Source of the DNA: an uncultured Gemmatimonadales bacterium
Lineage (GTDB): Bacteria > Gemmatimonadota > Gemmatimonadetes > Gemmatimonadales > GWC2-71-9
Direction of reading: 5' to 3'
DNA: 64,000 nucleotides
NCBI GenBank assembly: GCA_963842945.1
Contig: CAWJIM010000023.1
Span: forward strand, 256,001 to 320,000
The first letter of the stretch is position 1. Each line of letters opens with the position of its first letter. The translations under genes were made by a program, and so were the position numbers. This document shows, piece after piece, positions 11,101 to 22,010 of this stretch. The notes under the pieces were generated by a model, which saw only the letters and a program-made list of their open reading frames with translations, did no database searches and was not told the DNA's origin.

Positions 11101-13772
11101 ATCAGGCGGCAACCGCGGCTCTGCCCTGGCGGTGGACCTTCGGCGGGCACGGGCGGCGAGACGCCGGATGGAGGAGTCGGCTGGTCCTCGCGTCTCCGAA
11201 CCTCCCAGGAAAGCGGCACCCACCATCGAGTGTGGCCGGCGCGATCCCATGGATTGCGTTCGAGAATGGTTTGCCAGCGAGGGGTGGGAGCCGTTCCCAT
11301 TCCAGGAGGAGGTCTGGCGGGCCTATCTGGCCGGCGAAAGCGGCTTGATTCACGCGGCTACGGGCACGGGAAAGACCTATGCCGCCTGGATGGGACCCAT
11401 TCTCGAGTGGCTGCGGGATTATCCGGCGGGTAAGAGAGGCAGCGCGAGAGGTGGGACGGCGGGGAGCGCCACCACTTCGCGTTTTGTGGGTTACGCCGCT
11501 CCGCGCTTTGGCCGCCGACACCGAGGCCGCTCTTCGGGCGCCAATCGAAGATCTGGGCCTTCCTTGGACCGTAGAGTCCCGCACCGGCGACACCGAGCCC
11601 CGAGTGCGGGCCCGGCAGAGCAAGCGCCTTCCTACCGCCCTGGTAACTACCCCCGAGAGCCTGTCGCTTCTGCTCACCTGGTCTGAGACGCCCTCGCTGT
11701 TCGAGCATCTTGAGCTGGTGGTGGTCGACGAATGGCACGAGCTGATGGCTTCGAAGCGCGGGGTCCAGACCGAGCTCGCACTTGCTCGACTGCGCCGCTG
11801 GAGGCCCGAGCTCCGCGTCTGGGGACTCTCCGCCACGTTGGGAAATCTCGACACTGCTCGCGACACCCTGCTGGGCCTCACCCAGGAAGGGCTCGCACGA
11901 TCCGGCCGAATTATTCGGGGGCTGGTGCCCAAGGGATTGGAGGTCGATTCGCTGATCCCTGAGACGATGGAGCGGTTCCCCTGGTCGGGGCAAATCGGCC
12001 TGCGGCTGCTGCCCGAAGTCATTGCGGCAATCGAAGAGGGCAATACCTCACTCGTGTTCACCAACACCCGGGCAACCGCCGAACTGTGGTTTCAGGCGTT
12101 GCTGAGCGCCCGCCCCGACTGGGCGGGGGTCATTGCCCTCCACCACGGCTCGCTCGATCGCGACACCCGCGAGTGGGTTGAAGACGGGATCCGCGATGGC
12201 CGGCTCCGCTGCGTCGTCTGCACCTCGACCCTCGACCTCGGAGTCGATTTCACCCCGGTCGACCGTGTCCTCCAGGTAGGCAGTCCCAAGGCGGTCGGCC
12301 GGCTGATTCAACGGGCCGGGCGGAGCGGCCACCAGCCCGGCGCCGTCAGCCGCCTCACCTGCGTGCCGACCAATGCCTTGGAGCTGGTGGATGTCGCGGC
12401 CGCGCGCGATGCGCTCGACCAGGGTGCCATCGAGTCGCGGCCCCCGGTGGAGCGTCCCCTGGATCTTCTCGCCCAGCACGCCGTCACCATCGCCGTCGGC
12501 GGCGGATTTCGGCCCGACGAGCTTCTGGCTGAAGTGCGGACCACCCGCGCCTATCGCGACCTGACCGATGCCGAGTGGCGCTGGGTCATGGACTTCATCA
12601 CCCGCGGCGGCTCGGCCCTGAGCGCGTATCCGGAGTACAACAAGCTGGTGGAGCGCGACGGCCGGTTCGTGCCGCGAGACCGGATGGTTGCCGCGCGACA
12701 TCGCATGTCGATCGGCACTATCGTGAGCGAGGCGGCGATGAAGGTCCGGTTCGTCCGAGGAAAGACCATCGGGACCGTGGAGGAGAACTTCATCGCCCGG
12801 CTCCGATCTGGTGACGTTTTCACTTTTGCCGGACGGACGCTCGAGTTCGTCCGGGTGCGGGAGATGACCGCGTGGGTGAAGACAGCGCGGGAAACCACGT
12901 CAGTGGTACCCCACTGGACCGGCGCCCGTTTTCCCCTCTCCCCGGAGCTCGCGGCAGCGGTTCGAACCAAACTGGATCAGGCTCGCCAGGGCGTGTATGA
13001 GGGCGCCGAAATGGAGGCGGTGAGAGGGATCCTCGAGCTCCAGGCCGAGTGGTCCGGCATTCCAGCGGCAGACGAGTTGCTGATCGAACGGGTGCAGACC
13101 CGTGAAGGCAATCATCTGTTTTTTTATCCGGTCGAAGGCAGGCTGGTGCACGAGGGACTCGCGGCACTGTTTGCCTATCGACTGGCGCAGCTGGGGCCGA
13201 TTACCTTCACCCTGGCGGCGAACGACTACGGCTTCGAGCTGCTCTCTCCCGACCAGGCCCGGCTGGAGGAAGCACTCGATGCCGGCCTGGTCTCCACCGA
13301 TCATCTGGTGCACGACATCCCGGCGAGTCTCAACGCGGCCGAGCTGGCCAAGCGTCAGTTTCGGGAGATTGCACGGGTGGCCGGGCTGATCTTCCAGGGC
13401 TATCCGGGCCGAAACAAGAGTGTCAAGCAAGTCCAGGTTTCCAGCGGGCTTTTGTACGATGTGTTCGCCCGCTACGATCCGGACAACCTCCTGCTGTTCC
13501 AGGCGCACCGCGAGGTGTTGGAGAAGCAGTTGGAGCGGAGCCGGCTGGGCCGGACCCTGGAGCGGATCGGCCGGGGGCGCATCAGCATCAAGGAGTGCCG
13601 GCGCCCCACTCCGCTCGCCTTCGCCCTGTTGGTAGACCGCGCCCGGGAGCAGGTGAGCAGCGAGAAGTTTCTCGATCGGGTGCGCCGGCTGGCAGCACCA
13701 CTGGAACGCGCGGCCGCCGCTGGAAACGGGAGCGCGCGGTTTGCGCGCGGACGAGGCAGAGGATTTCGATGA
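11093..13772 (+). CDS. Ligase-associated DNA damage response DEXH helicase (Lhr-core); one frameshift near 11447-11450; start may be ATG 11249
   Basis: ATGTGKT Walker A, TPLRALA, VDEWHEL, GLSATLGN, HHGSL, LDLGVDF, QRAGRSGH. Confidence 0.92.
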
Positions 13773-14530
13773 CCGATGTGATGTTGAAGATCGCGGGCGA
13801 AGAGATCCATCTCCTGTCCGAGCGCGCGCTGTGGTGGCCCAACGCAAGTACCCTGATCGTGGCCGATCTCCATTGGGGGAAGGCTTCCACCTTTCGAGCC
13901 ACCGGCATCCCCATCCCGATCGGCACCACCAGCGACGACCTGGCTCGGCTGGATAGCGCGCTCACCCGAACCGGTGCGCGGCGCATGGTGGTCCTGGGCG
14001 ACCTCTTTCACGCCAAAGCGGGCCGCATTGCTTCGCATACCCTGGCCGAGCTGCGTCGCTGGCGGAGCCTGGCCGCCCCGGTCGAGATCCTCCTGGTACG
14101 GGGAAACCACGACCGCCATGCCGGCGATCCGCCCAGCGACCTCCGGATCAACTGCGTCAATGCGCCGGCATTCGTCCCGCCCTTCGTCTTCCGCCACGAG
14201 CCGGTGACTCAGGGCGATGCCTACGGGCTCGCCGGCCACGTCCATCCCGGCATCACCCTGCTCGGTCGCGGGCTTCAGCGGGAAACCCTGCCCTGCTTCG
14301 TCATCGGCCAGACCGGAGCCCTGATTCCGGCCTTCGGCAGCTTCACCGGATTTGGTACTGTGGAACCCGGACCCGGCGACCGCGCCTTCGTCGCGGTGGA
14401 GGGCGAAGTGCTGGAGGTGAGCTTGCCGGTTGACCTGGGCCCGAATGCGGTCCCGCCGGAGCTGCACGAGATGGCGGAGGTGGAGAGTCCGGGCTGGAGA
14501 ACACAGGAGTCTTCAGACGAGAATCAGTAG
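13769..14530 (+). CDS. pdeM: Ligase-associated DNA damage response endonuclease (metallophosphoesterase)
   Basis: VADLHWGK, LGDLFH, RGNHD, FRHEP, AGHVHPG, PAFGSFTG; ATGA overlap with the helicase. Confidence 0.9.
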   Translation: MTDVMLKIAGEEIHLLSERALWWPNASTLIVADLHWGKASTFRATGIPIPIGTTSDDLARLDSALTRTGARRMVVLGDLFHAKAGRIASHTLAELRRWRSLAAPVEILLVRGNHDRHAGDPPSDLRINCVNAPAFVPPFVFRHEPVTQGDAYGLAGHVHPGITLLGRGLQRETLPCFVIGQTGALIPAFGSFTGFGTVEPGPGDRAFVAVEGEVLEVSLPVDLGPNAVPPELHEMAEVESPGWRTQESSDENQ

Positions 14531-14585
14531 GCATTGCGCCGACCGATGGCTTTGCGGAGCCGAAGCACCGCATTAGCCTTTTCGC

Positions 14586-16157
14586 ATGACTCACCTACAA
14601 CTCAGCGTTGCTCCCGAGGGCCAGGCCCTCCTCGAACAAGTTCGTGCGGCCGTCGACCTGCTCGAGGCCGTCATAGCGGACCGGGGCCTGCTGGCCGCAG
14701 TGCCGGCCGAGGAGCGCCACCGCCTGCTCAACGCGGCCGGTGCGGTGTACGTCCCCGACACCACCGCGCGCCGCCGGCTGGTGAAAGCCACGGTCCGTCG
14801 CCGGAAGGCCGAAAAGATCAGGCGGGAAGAGGCCGCACTCAGCCGCACCGGCATTCGGAGCCTGCGCCGTCAGACGGTCTTTACCACGCCCAACGTTTTT
14901 CCTCCGTCCGGCTTCGATCCACAGGACATCACCGACGACAGCGCACCTGAGGAGTGCCTCGACCCCCAGCACTGCTACATCTGCAAGCAGCCCTTCTCCG
15001 GGATTCACCACTTCTACGATCAGCTCTGCCCACCCTGCGCCGAGTTCAACTTTGCCAAACGCACTGAGCTGGCGGACCTGTCGGGGCGAGTGGCGCTGCT
15101 GACCGGCGGACGGGTCAAGATCGGCTATCAGGCTGGAATTAAGCTGCTGCGCTCGGGCGCTCAGCTCATCGTCACGACCCGGTTTCCCCGCGATTCGGCG
15201 GCCCGCTACGCCCGGGAGCCTGATTTTGCCGACTGGGCCGACCGACTCGAGATCTTTGGGCTCGACCTGCGGCACACGCCCAGCGTGGAGGCCTTCTGCC
15301 ATCATCTGCTCACTACCCGCGATCGCCTCGATTTCATCATCAACAACGCCTGCCAGACAGTGCGCCGGCCTCCGGATTTCTATCACCACATGATGGAAGC
15401 CGAGACTGCCTCGGTCGGGCACATGCCGAATGCCGTTCGTCGGCTGCTCGGCAGCTACGAGGGACTCCGGGAGTACCACATGCTGCCCGAGCCTGATCAT
15501 GAGTCCCCGCCTCAGGTCCGGATTCACCGCTCTCACTCCGAGCTCTCCGGGATCACTCACGCGGCCCGACTCTCCCAGATGCCGCTGCTTCCGGAGGAGC
15601 GCGGGGCCGAGCGACACCTCTTCCCCACCGGCCTGCTCGACCAGGACCTGCAGCAGGTCGATCTGCGGCAACGGAACTCGTGGCGGCTCCTGCTGGACGA
15701 GGTACCATCAGTGGAGCTACTGGAGGTTCAACTCGTCAACGCGGTAGCGCCCTTCGTTTTCAATGCACGACTCAAGCCGCTCCTGCTCCGCACGCCAGGC
15801 CGCGAGAAGCACATTGTCAACGTGTCGGCTATGGAAGGGCAGTTCTATCGGAACTTCAAGACGACCCGGCATCCCCACACCAACATGGCCAAGGCGGCAC
15901 TCAACATGATGACCCGCACCTCGGCAACAGACTACCATCGCGACGGCATCCACATGAACAGCGTGGATACCGGGTGGGTGACCGATGAGGATCCCGCGGA
16001 AATCGCCGCCCGCAAAGTCGCAGAGCACCGATTCCACCCGCCGCTGGACATTGTCGATGGCGCCGCCCGGATTGTCGATCCTATCATTTCCGGGGTGAAC
16101 TCCGGCTGTCATGTGTGGGGCCAGTTCCTCAAGGACTACCGTCCGACCGACTGGTAG
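14586..16157 (+). CDS. SDR family oxidoreductase with N-terminal zinc-finger-like CxxC...CxxC
   Basis: CYICKQ...LCPPC, TGGRVKIG, INNACQT, NVSAMEG, HTNMAKAALNMMT, VDTGWV. Confidence 0.88.
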   Translation: MTHLQLSVAPEGQALLEQVRAAVDLLEAVIADRGLLAAVPAEERHRLLNAAGAVYVPDTTARRRLVKATVRRRKAEKIRREEAALSRTGIRSLRRQTVFTTPNVFPPSGFDPQDITDDSAPEECLDPQHCYICKQPFSGIHHFYDQLCPPCAEFNFAKRTELADLSGRVALLTGGRVKIGYQAGIKLLRSGAQLIVTTRFPRDSAARYAREPDFADWADRLEIFGLDLRHTPSVEAFCHHLLTTRDRLDFIINNACQTVRRPPDFYHHMMEAETASVGHMPNAVRRLLGSYEGLREYHMLPEPDHESPPQVRIHRSHSELSGITHAARLSQMPLLPEERGAERHLFPTGLLDQDLQQVDLRQRNSWRLLLDEVPSVELLEVQLVNAVAPFVFNARLKPLLLRTPGREKHIVNVSAMEGQFYRNFKTTRHPHTNMAKAALNMMTRTSATDYHRDGIHMNSVDTGWVTDEDPAEIAARKVAEHRFHPPLDIVDGAARIVDPIISGVNSGCHVWGQFLKDYRPTDW

Positions 16158-16257
16158 CCAGTTGCCAGGCGCCTGATCGATTGCTGGCGTCACCCTGATC
16201 CTGCAGTAGATTGCGAGTTTTCCTGTCGCTCACTGCTTCTCCACGGAGTCCGCTTTT

Positions 16258-16614
16258 ATGGTTACAGCATCCCCTAATGTGCGTCGCCTCCCTCTCGCTC
16301 TGGCGGCCAGTGCATGGCTTCTTTCAGGGTGTGCCGGGGTCACGCCTATCGGGGACCTCTTGAATGATCCGTCGCACTATGACGGCAAGAGCGTGCACAT
16401 CGAGGGCGATGTCAAAGGCTCGGTTGGCGGTCTGGGGGTTGGAGCGTACGAAGTCCGGGACAAGACCGGTACGTTGACAGTGGTCAGCAATCAATCGGAT
16501 CCACCGCGTACCGGCGCCAAGGTCGGGGTGAAAGGGACCTTTCAGGCGCTGCTCAGCCTGGGGATCAAGAGCCTGGCCGTGTTGAAAGAGGAGAGCCGCT
16601 CACTTAAGGATTGA
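16258..16614 (+). CDS. Lipoprotein with OB-fold-like domain
   Basis: Lipobox LSGC; PSHYDGKSVHIEGDV...YEVRDKTGTLTV...VGVKG. Confidence 0.7.
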   Translation: MVTASPNVRRLPLALAASAWLLSGCAGVTPIGDLLNDPSHYDGKSVHIEGDVKGSVGGLGVGAYEVRDKTGTLTVVSNQSDPPRTGAKVGVKGTFQALLSLGIKSLAVLKEESRSLKD

Positions 16615-16624
16615 GGCAGTCGGC

Positions 16625-16951
16625 ATGGCGCGATTGTTTTGGATGCTCTTGATCTTCGCGTTTTTTGGTGCGCTGATCACCGGCGCGTCCTGGGCGGCCG
16701 CCTTCGCCAGTGTGGGCAAGCTGTTGGGCGCCCCGCCTCCCCGGATGGGCAACCAGAGCATCACGGTTCACTGGGACGGCATGTCCCGGCTGCTGGAGCA
16801 TCCCCCGTGGTGGCGCTTTGCCTTCACTCCCACAGCCATTCCAGGGGCCACCCAGGTCCGAATCGACGTAAACCCCTGGGGCAAGGTCATCTCCACCTCT
16901 CCCGCAGACCTCGAGGATCGCATCAAGGCTTTCCACAACACCGGCTACTAG
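16625..16951 (+). CDS. Hypothetical membrane-anchored protein
   Basis: N-terminal TM helix, GAGG upstream, co-oriented with its neighbour. Confidence 0.6.
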   Translation: MARLFWMLLIFAFFGALITGASWAAAFASVGKLLGAPPPRMGNQSITVHWDGMSRLLEHPPWWRFAFTPTAIPGATQVRIDVNPWGKVISTSPADLEDRIKAFHNTGY

Positions 16952-17013
16952 CTCTGGCGGTCCCGCCGCCGCTCCCAGCTGTAACTGTCGAAGGGTCAAT
17001 CGCGTCTTGAGAT

Positions 17014-17040
17014 TGTCGATTTCCAGTGGCCTCGAACGAC
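17014..17040 (+). promoter_or_regulatory. ECF42-type promoter TGTCGA-N17-CGAC
   Basis: TGTCGA 17014-17019 and CGAC 17037-17040, 40 nt before a DGPF gene; matches the published ECF42 consensus (-35 TGTCGA, -10 CG(A/T)C). Confidence 0.75.
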
Positions 17041-17080
17041 TACTACACGACCACGTAGGCCACCCCATCAGGAGGATTCC

Positions 17081-17473
17081 ATGAAATACCTGTGCCTCAT
17101 CTACGAGAACGAGAAGAACTGGGAAACCATGCCGCAGTCAGATGCCGAAGGGATCATGAAGGAGTACTTCGCTTTTACCGAGGACATCCGGAAGAGCGGG
17201 AAGTACGTGGCGGGTGAGGCGCTTCAGCCTACGCCCACTGCCACCACGGTCCGGGTTCGGAACGGGAAGATCTCGACGACCGACGGGCCCTTCGTGGAGA
17301 CCAAGGAGCAGCTCGGCGGATTTTACCTGATTGACGCCAAGGACCTGAACGACGCCATCCAGGTAGCCGCGCGTATTCCTTCGGCCCGCCTCGGTGGCAT
17401 CGAGGTCCGGCCGGTGGTGGACTTCTCCGCCGAAGCCGCCCAACGAGAGGAGGCCGCCGGCGCCAGGGCATGA
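17081..17473 (+). CDS. YciI family (DGPF domain) protein
   Basis: MKYLCLIY, TDGPFVETKEQLGGFYLI, IEVRPV; AGGAGG RBS. Confidence 0.93.
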   Translation: MKYLCLIYENEKNWETMPQSDAEGIMKEYFAFTEDIRKSGKYVAGEALQPTPTATTVRVRNGKISTTDGPFVETKEQLGGFYLIDAKDLNDAIQVAARIPSARLGGIEVRPVVDFSAEAAQREEAAGARA

Positions 17474-17480
17474 GCGCGGG

Positions 17481-17594
17481 GTCGCGAGTCACGAGTCGCG
17501 GGTCACGGCCGGACAACTTCCGCTTGTCGAGTCTGCCAGACTTCAAGCTCGACTCGCCGGACCATCTCGTGACTCGTGACTCGCGACTGGTGAC
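17481..17594. repeat. Inverted heptamer tandem-repeat hairpin (GTCRCGR x4 / TCGTGAC-like x4)
   Basis: Left arm 17481-17508, right arm 17567-17594; the last unit contains the probable GTG start of the sigma gene. Confidence 0.85.
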
Positions 17595-18826
17595 GCAAGA
17601 CACCATTGAGCAGATCTTCCGCACGGATTCCCGCCGCGTTCTGGCCACGCTGATCCGCCTGCTGGGAGACTTCGATCTGGCCGAAGAGGCCATGCAGGAG
17701 GCGTTTTCTGCCGCGGTGGAGCGGTGGCCTCAGGATGGAGTTCCGCGCAATCCACGCGCCTGGCTGATTTCGACCGGCAGGTTCAAGGCTATCGACTCGC
17801 TCCGCCGGCGAGCCCGATTCGATGCGTCGCTGCAGCCATTGGCGGACCAGCTGGGAGACGGGATCACCCAGCCCGAAGAGATCGAGGAAGAAGGTGTTCA
17901 GGACGACCGCCTGCGACTGATCTTTACCTGCTGCCACCCGGCGTTGCCGCCTGACGCCCAGGTGGCGCTGACGCTGCGCGAAGTATGCGGCCTCACCACG
18001 GAAGAGATTGCCCGCGCCTTCCTCGCTCCTGCGCCGACCTTAGCCCAGCGCATCGTCCGGGCAAAGGCCAAGATCAAGGCGGCCAACATTCCGTATCAGG
18101 TGCCCGCCCGCACCGCCCTTCCCGAGCGCCTTGCCAGCGTGTTGCAGGTCATCTACCTCGTCTTCAATGAGGGTTACTCCGCCTCCTCCGGCGCTTCCCT
18201 CACCCGTCATGATTTGTCAGCCGAAGCCATCAGGCTGGGCCGGCTTCTGGTAGAGCTGCTGCCCGAGCCGGAGGCGATGGGGCTACTGGCCCTGATGCTG
18301 CTGCATGAATCCCGTCGTGAGACCCGGACCTCGCCGGATGGCGAGTTGGTGTTGCTGGATGAGCAGGATCGTACCCGGTGGAATCGCGAGCTGATCGCCG
18401 AGGGCGTAGGCCTGGTCGAGCGGTCCATGCGGTCCAGGCAGTTCGGTCCTTTCACGCTGCAGGCAGCGATCGCAGCCATCCACGCGGAGGCGGCAAGTGC
18501 CGACACCACCGACTGGGACTGAGATCGTCGGGCTCTATGACGTACTGCTGCGAGCGGATCCTTCTCCCGTCGTCGAGCTCAATCGAGCGGCGGCGGTGGC
18601 GATGCGCGACGGCCCTGCAGCCGGGCTCACTCTTATCGACGGCATTCTGGCCCGGGGTGATCTTCAGGATTATCAGCTGGCGCACGCTGCCCGGGCCGAG
18701 CTCTGTCGCCGGCTGGGGCGGACCTCGGATTCGATTGCCTCGTATCAGCGGGCACTGAGTCTCACCCGCCAGGAGCCTCAGCGGCGATTCATCGAGAAGC
18801 GGCTGAGCGAGCTGGCAAAGTCATGA
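17590..18826 (+). CDS. ECF42-group RNA polymerase sigma factor with C-terminal TPR extension; frameshift near 18520
   Basis: DLAEEAMQEAF, DDRLRLIFTCCHPAL, LTLREVCGL, QRIVRAKAKI, YLVFNEGY, QAAIAAIH, TDW/EIVGLY, LNRAAAV; follows a DGPF gene; alternative start 17470. Confidence 0.9.
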
Positions 18827-19780
18827 GACCAGTATTTATCGGCGGCTGTGAGCGAAGCGGAACCACCATGCTCGGGGCCACGCTTGGGGGCCATTCCCGC
18901 TGCCTTTGCCTGCCCGAGAGTCAGTTCATGGACGATCTGCTCGCCCACGCCGATTCCGATGGTCGGATCGATCCGTTCGCGGCGCTCGGGCGGATCGCCG
19001 CCCACGAACGCTTCCGGTTGCTTTGGGACCTTCCGCTGGACCCGGCCGGAATCCAGCCCCCAGAGCTCGGGCACGACGTTGCCTGAACTGTGGACCTGGC
19101 TGGCGCGGGCATACGGGCGGAAAGCGGGAAAGCCTGCCGCGGACGTGTGGATCGATCACACCCCAACCAACTTCAGGCGGGTGCGCGGTCTGCTCCGAAT
19201 GTTCCCGGCAGCCCGTTTCATTCATCTGGTTCGCGATGGAAGGGCGGTAGCCGCTTCGTTGCTGCCGCTCGACTGGGGCCCCAACAACGCGCTTCACGCG
19301 GCCGAGTTCTGGATGGCCCGCTGTGCCCTTGGGCTGGCGGCAGAACTGGACCTGGGGCCCGATCGGATTCTGCGGGTCCGCTACGAGGACGTGCTGCAGG
19401 AGCCCGAGAGCAGCCTGCGCCGCATCGCAGGATTCATCGGACTGGATTATGAGCCAGAGATGGCTTCGGCGAACCCTTCCCGACCAACCCGATATCACGA
19501 GCGCCAACACCATTTGGTGGGACAGGCGCCGATTCGCTCGCGCGCTGCGGGATGGCAACAGGTCTTGAGCCGCCGCGAGGTCGAGATCTTCGAAGCGGAG
19601 ACGGGCGACTTTCTCGAAACTTTAGGATACCAGGCCAGGTATGGAGTACGGGCAATGCCCGCAACACGGGTCGAAGTGTTCCGGCTTCGGCTCAGCGATT
19701 TGGCGCGTCGAGCCCGGAACAACCTTTTGCGCCGCTGGCGGGTCAGGACGTCGTTGCCGCAGCGTCGCCCTGAGTCATGA
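18823..19780 (+). CDS. Sulfotransferase family protein; frameshift near 19080
   Basis: FIGGCERSGTTML (5'-PSB), WIDHTP, FIHLVRDGRAVAAS (3'-PB), VRYEDV; ATGA overlap with the sigma gene. Confidence 0.85.
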
Positions 19781-19827
19781 ATCTCCAGAATTGCTGCAAC
19801 GCAACATCCTAACGAGGACTCTCCCCA

Positions 19828-21988
19828 ATGCGAGCCGGTTTGACCCTGACCTTGTGCCTCATCGCTCAAGGCTGCGCCCGATCCCACGTCGGACCAGACC
19901 AGCGCCGGGGCTGCAGCCGTGGCCCCGGCCGAATTCAGCAGCGCCAATCCATTCGCCCAGCCCAGCGCCCTGGCCTATCAGGCCCCTGCATTCGATCGCA
20001 TCCGGAACGCGGATTATCAGCCCGCCATCGAGGAAGGCATGCGGCGGCAACGGGCAGAGCTCGATTCGATCGCCCGGCAGCAGGCATCCCCGACCTTCGA
20101 GAACACAATCGTGGCGCTGGAACGCACCGGCGAACTGCTCACCCGAGTTCTCAAGGTTTTCGGAGCAGTGGTGCAAGCCAACACGAATGACACGTTGCAG
20201 CGAGTGCAGACCGAGGAAGCTCCGAGATTGGCCGCACACTCCGACGCCCTGTACCTCGACTCCCGCCTGTTCCAACGGGTCCACAGCGTTTACCAGCGCC
20301 GGGCCTCGCTGAAATTGTCTACCGAGCAAAGCACGCTGGTGGAGCGTTATCACCGCAACTTCGTGCGGGCGGGCGCCCAGCTACCAGAAGCCGCCAAGAA
20401 CCGCCTGCGCCAGCTCAACCAGGAGGAGGCTCGGCTCTCCACCGATTTTCAGAACAAGCTGCTGGCCGCCACCAAGGCTGGGGCCCTGGTGCTGGACGAT
20501 CGGTCACAGCTCAAGGGGCTCAGTGAAGCTGAGGTCGCTGCATCCGCTGAGGCAGCCAAGGAGCGCGGACTCGCGGGCAAGTACCTCATCGTGCTGCAGA
20601 ACACCACCCAACAACCTGCGCTCGCGTCGCTCGCCGACCGCGGTGTCAGGCAGCGGCTTTTCGATGCATCCATTCATCGCGCCGATCGCGGCGATACTAA
20701 TGACACGCGCTCGATCGTCCGCCGGTTGGCTGCGCTACGCATCGAGCGGGCAAACTTGCTGGGCTTCCCCACGTTTGCCGGGTTCGCCCTGGATAATCAG
20801 ATGGCCAGGACTCCGGATGCAGCCATCGGTCTGGTCAGCCAATTGGTTCCTCCCGCCACCAGAAAGGCTCGCGCCGAGGCCGCAAAGATGCAGGCCCTCA
20901 TCGACCATCAGAACGGCGGCTTCCGGCTGGCTCCCTGGGACTGGCAGTACTACGCGGAGCGGGTGCGACAGGCCGAGTACAATGTCGATGAAGAGCAACT
21001 CAAGCCATATCTCTCGCTCGATCGGGTCCTGCAGGAGGGGGTCTTCTACGCGGCCACCCAGCTCTACGGAATCACCTTCAAGGAGCGCAAAGATCTGCCG
21101 GTGTACCATCCCGATGTCCGCGTCTTCGAGGTCTACGACCGGGATGGCAAATCGATGGCGTTGTTCTATGCCGACTATTTCAAGCGCGACAACAAGGGCG
21201 GGGGTGCCTGGATGGACACCTTCGTGGACCCCTCAGGACTGAAGGGTACCAAGCCGGTGGTCTACAACGTGGCCAATTTCACCAAGCCCGCTCCAGGGAT
21301 GCCGGCGCTCCTGACCTTCGACGATGTCACCACCATGTTTCATGAATTCGGGCACGCACTGCACGGGCTCTTCGCTCACGTCCAGTACCCGATCCTGCTG
21401 AATACCCCACGCGACTTCGTGGAGTTCCCCTCACAGTTCAACGAGCATTGGGCCTTGCAGCCGGAGGTCTTCGCCAAGTACGCCCGGCATTACCAGACGG
21501 GAGCGCCGATGCCTCAGGATCTGGTGGATCGGATCAAGAAGAGCCGCACCTTTAATCAGGGCTACGCCACCACCGAATACCTGGCAGCCGCTCTCCTGGA
21601 CCTGGCCTGGCACACGCTACCCAGCGGAACCCCGGAACAGGACGTCGAGAGCTTCGAACGCCAGGCGCTGGCGCGGTATCATGTCGACCTGCCCGAGGTG
21701 CCTCCCCGTTATCGCACGCCGTACTTTGCCCATATCTGGGGCGGCGGATACTCGGCATCTTACTACGCCTATCTCTGGAGCGAGGTCCTGGATCATGACG
21801 CCTACGCCTGGTTTATGGAGCGCGGCGGAATGACCCGGGAGAACGGCCAGCGTTACCGAGACATGATTCTCTCTCGCGGAAGCACTGAGGATGTCGGGAC
21901 GCTATACCGTGCCTTCAGAGGACGCGACCCGAGCATCGAACCGCTGCTCAAGGCGCGTGGGCTGGAAGAGACGCCAGACGAACAGTGA
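19828..21988 (+). CDS. dcp: M3 family metallopeptidase (peptidyl-dipeptidase Dcp-like), probable lipoprotein; frameshift near the 5' end
   Basis: PTFENTI, KGGGAWM, TMFHEFGHALHG zinc motif, DFVEFPSQFNE, GYSASYYAYLWSEV; signal MRAGLTLTLCLIAQGC lies in an adjacent frame. Confidence 0.9.
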
Positions 21989-22010
21989 GCCTGTTGGAGG
22001 ACCGTTATAG

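Noticed and set aside
7557..14530. Helicase/nuclease/ligase cluster as a new anti-phage system
   Set aside because: Motifs and order match the known ligase-associated DNA damage response operon.
16986..17006. Second ECF42 promoter TGTCGA...CGTC
   Set aside because: Spacer is only 11 nt, too short.
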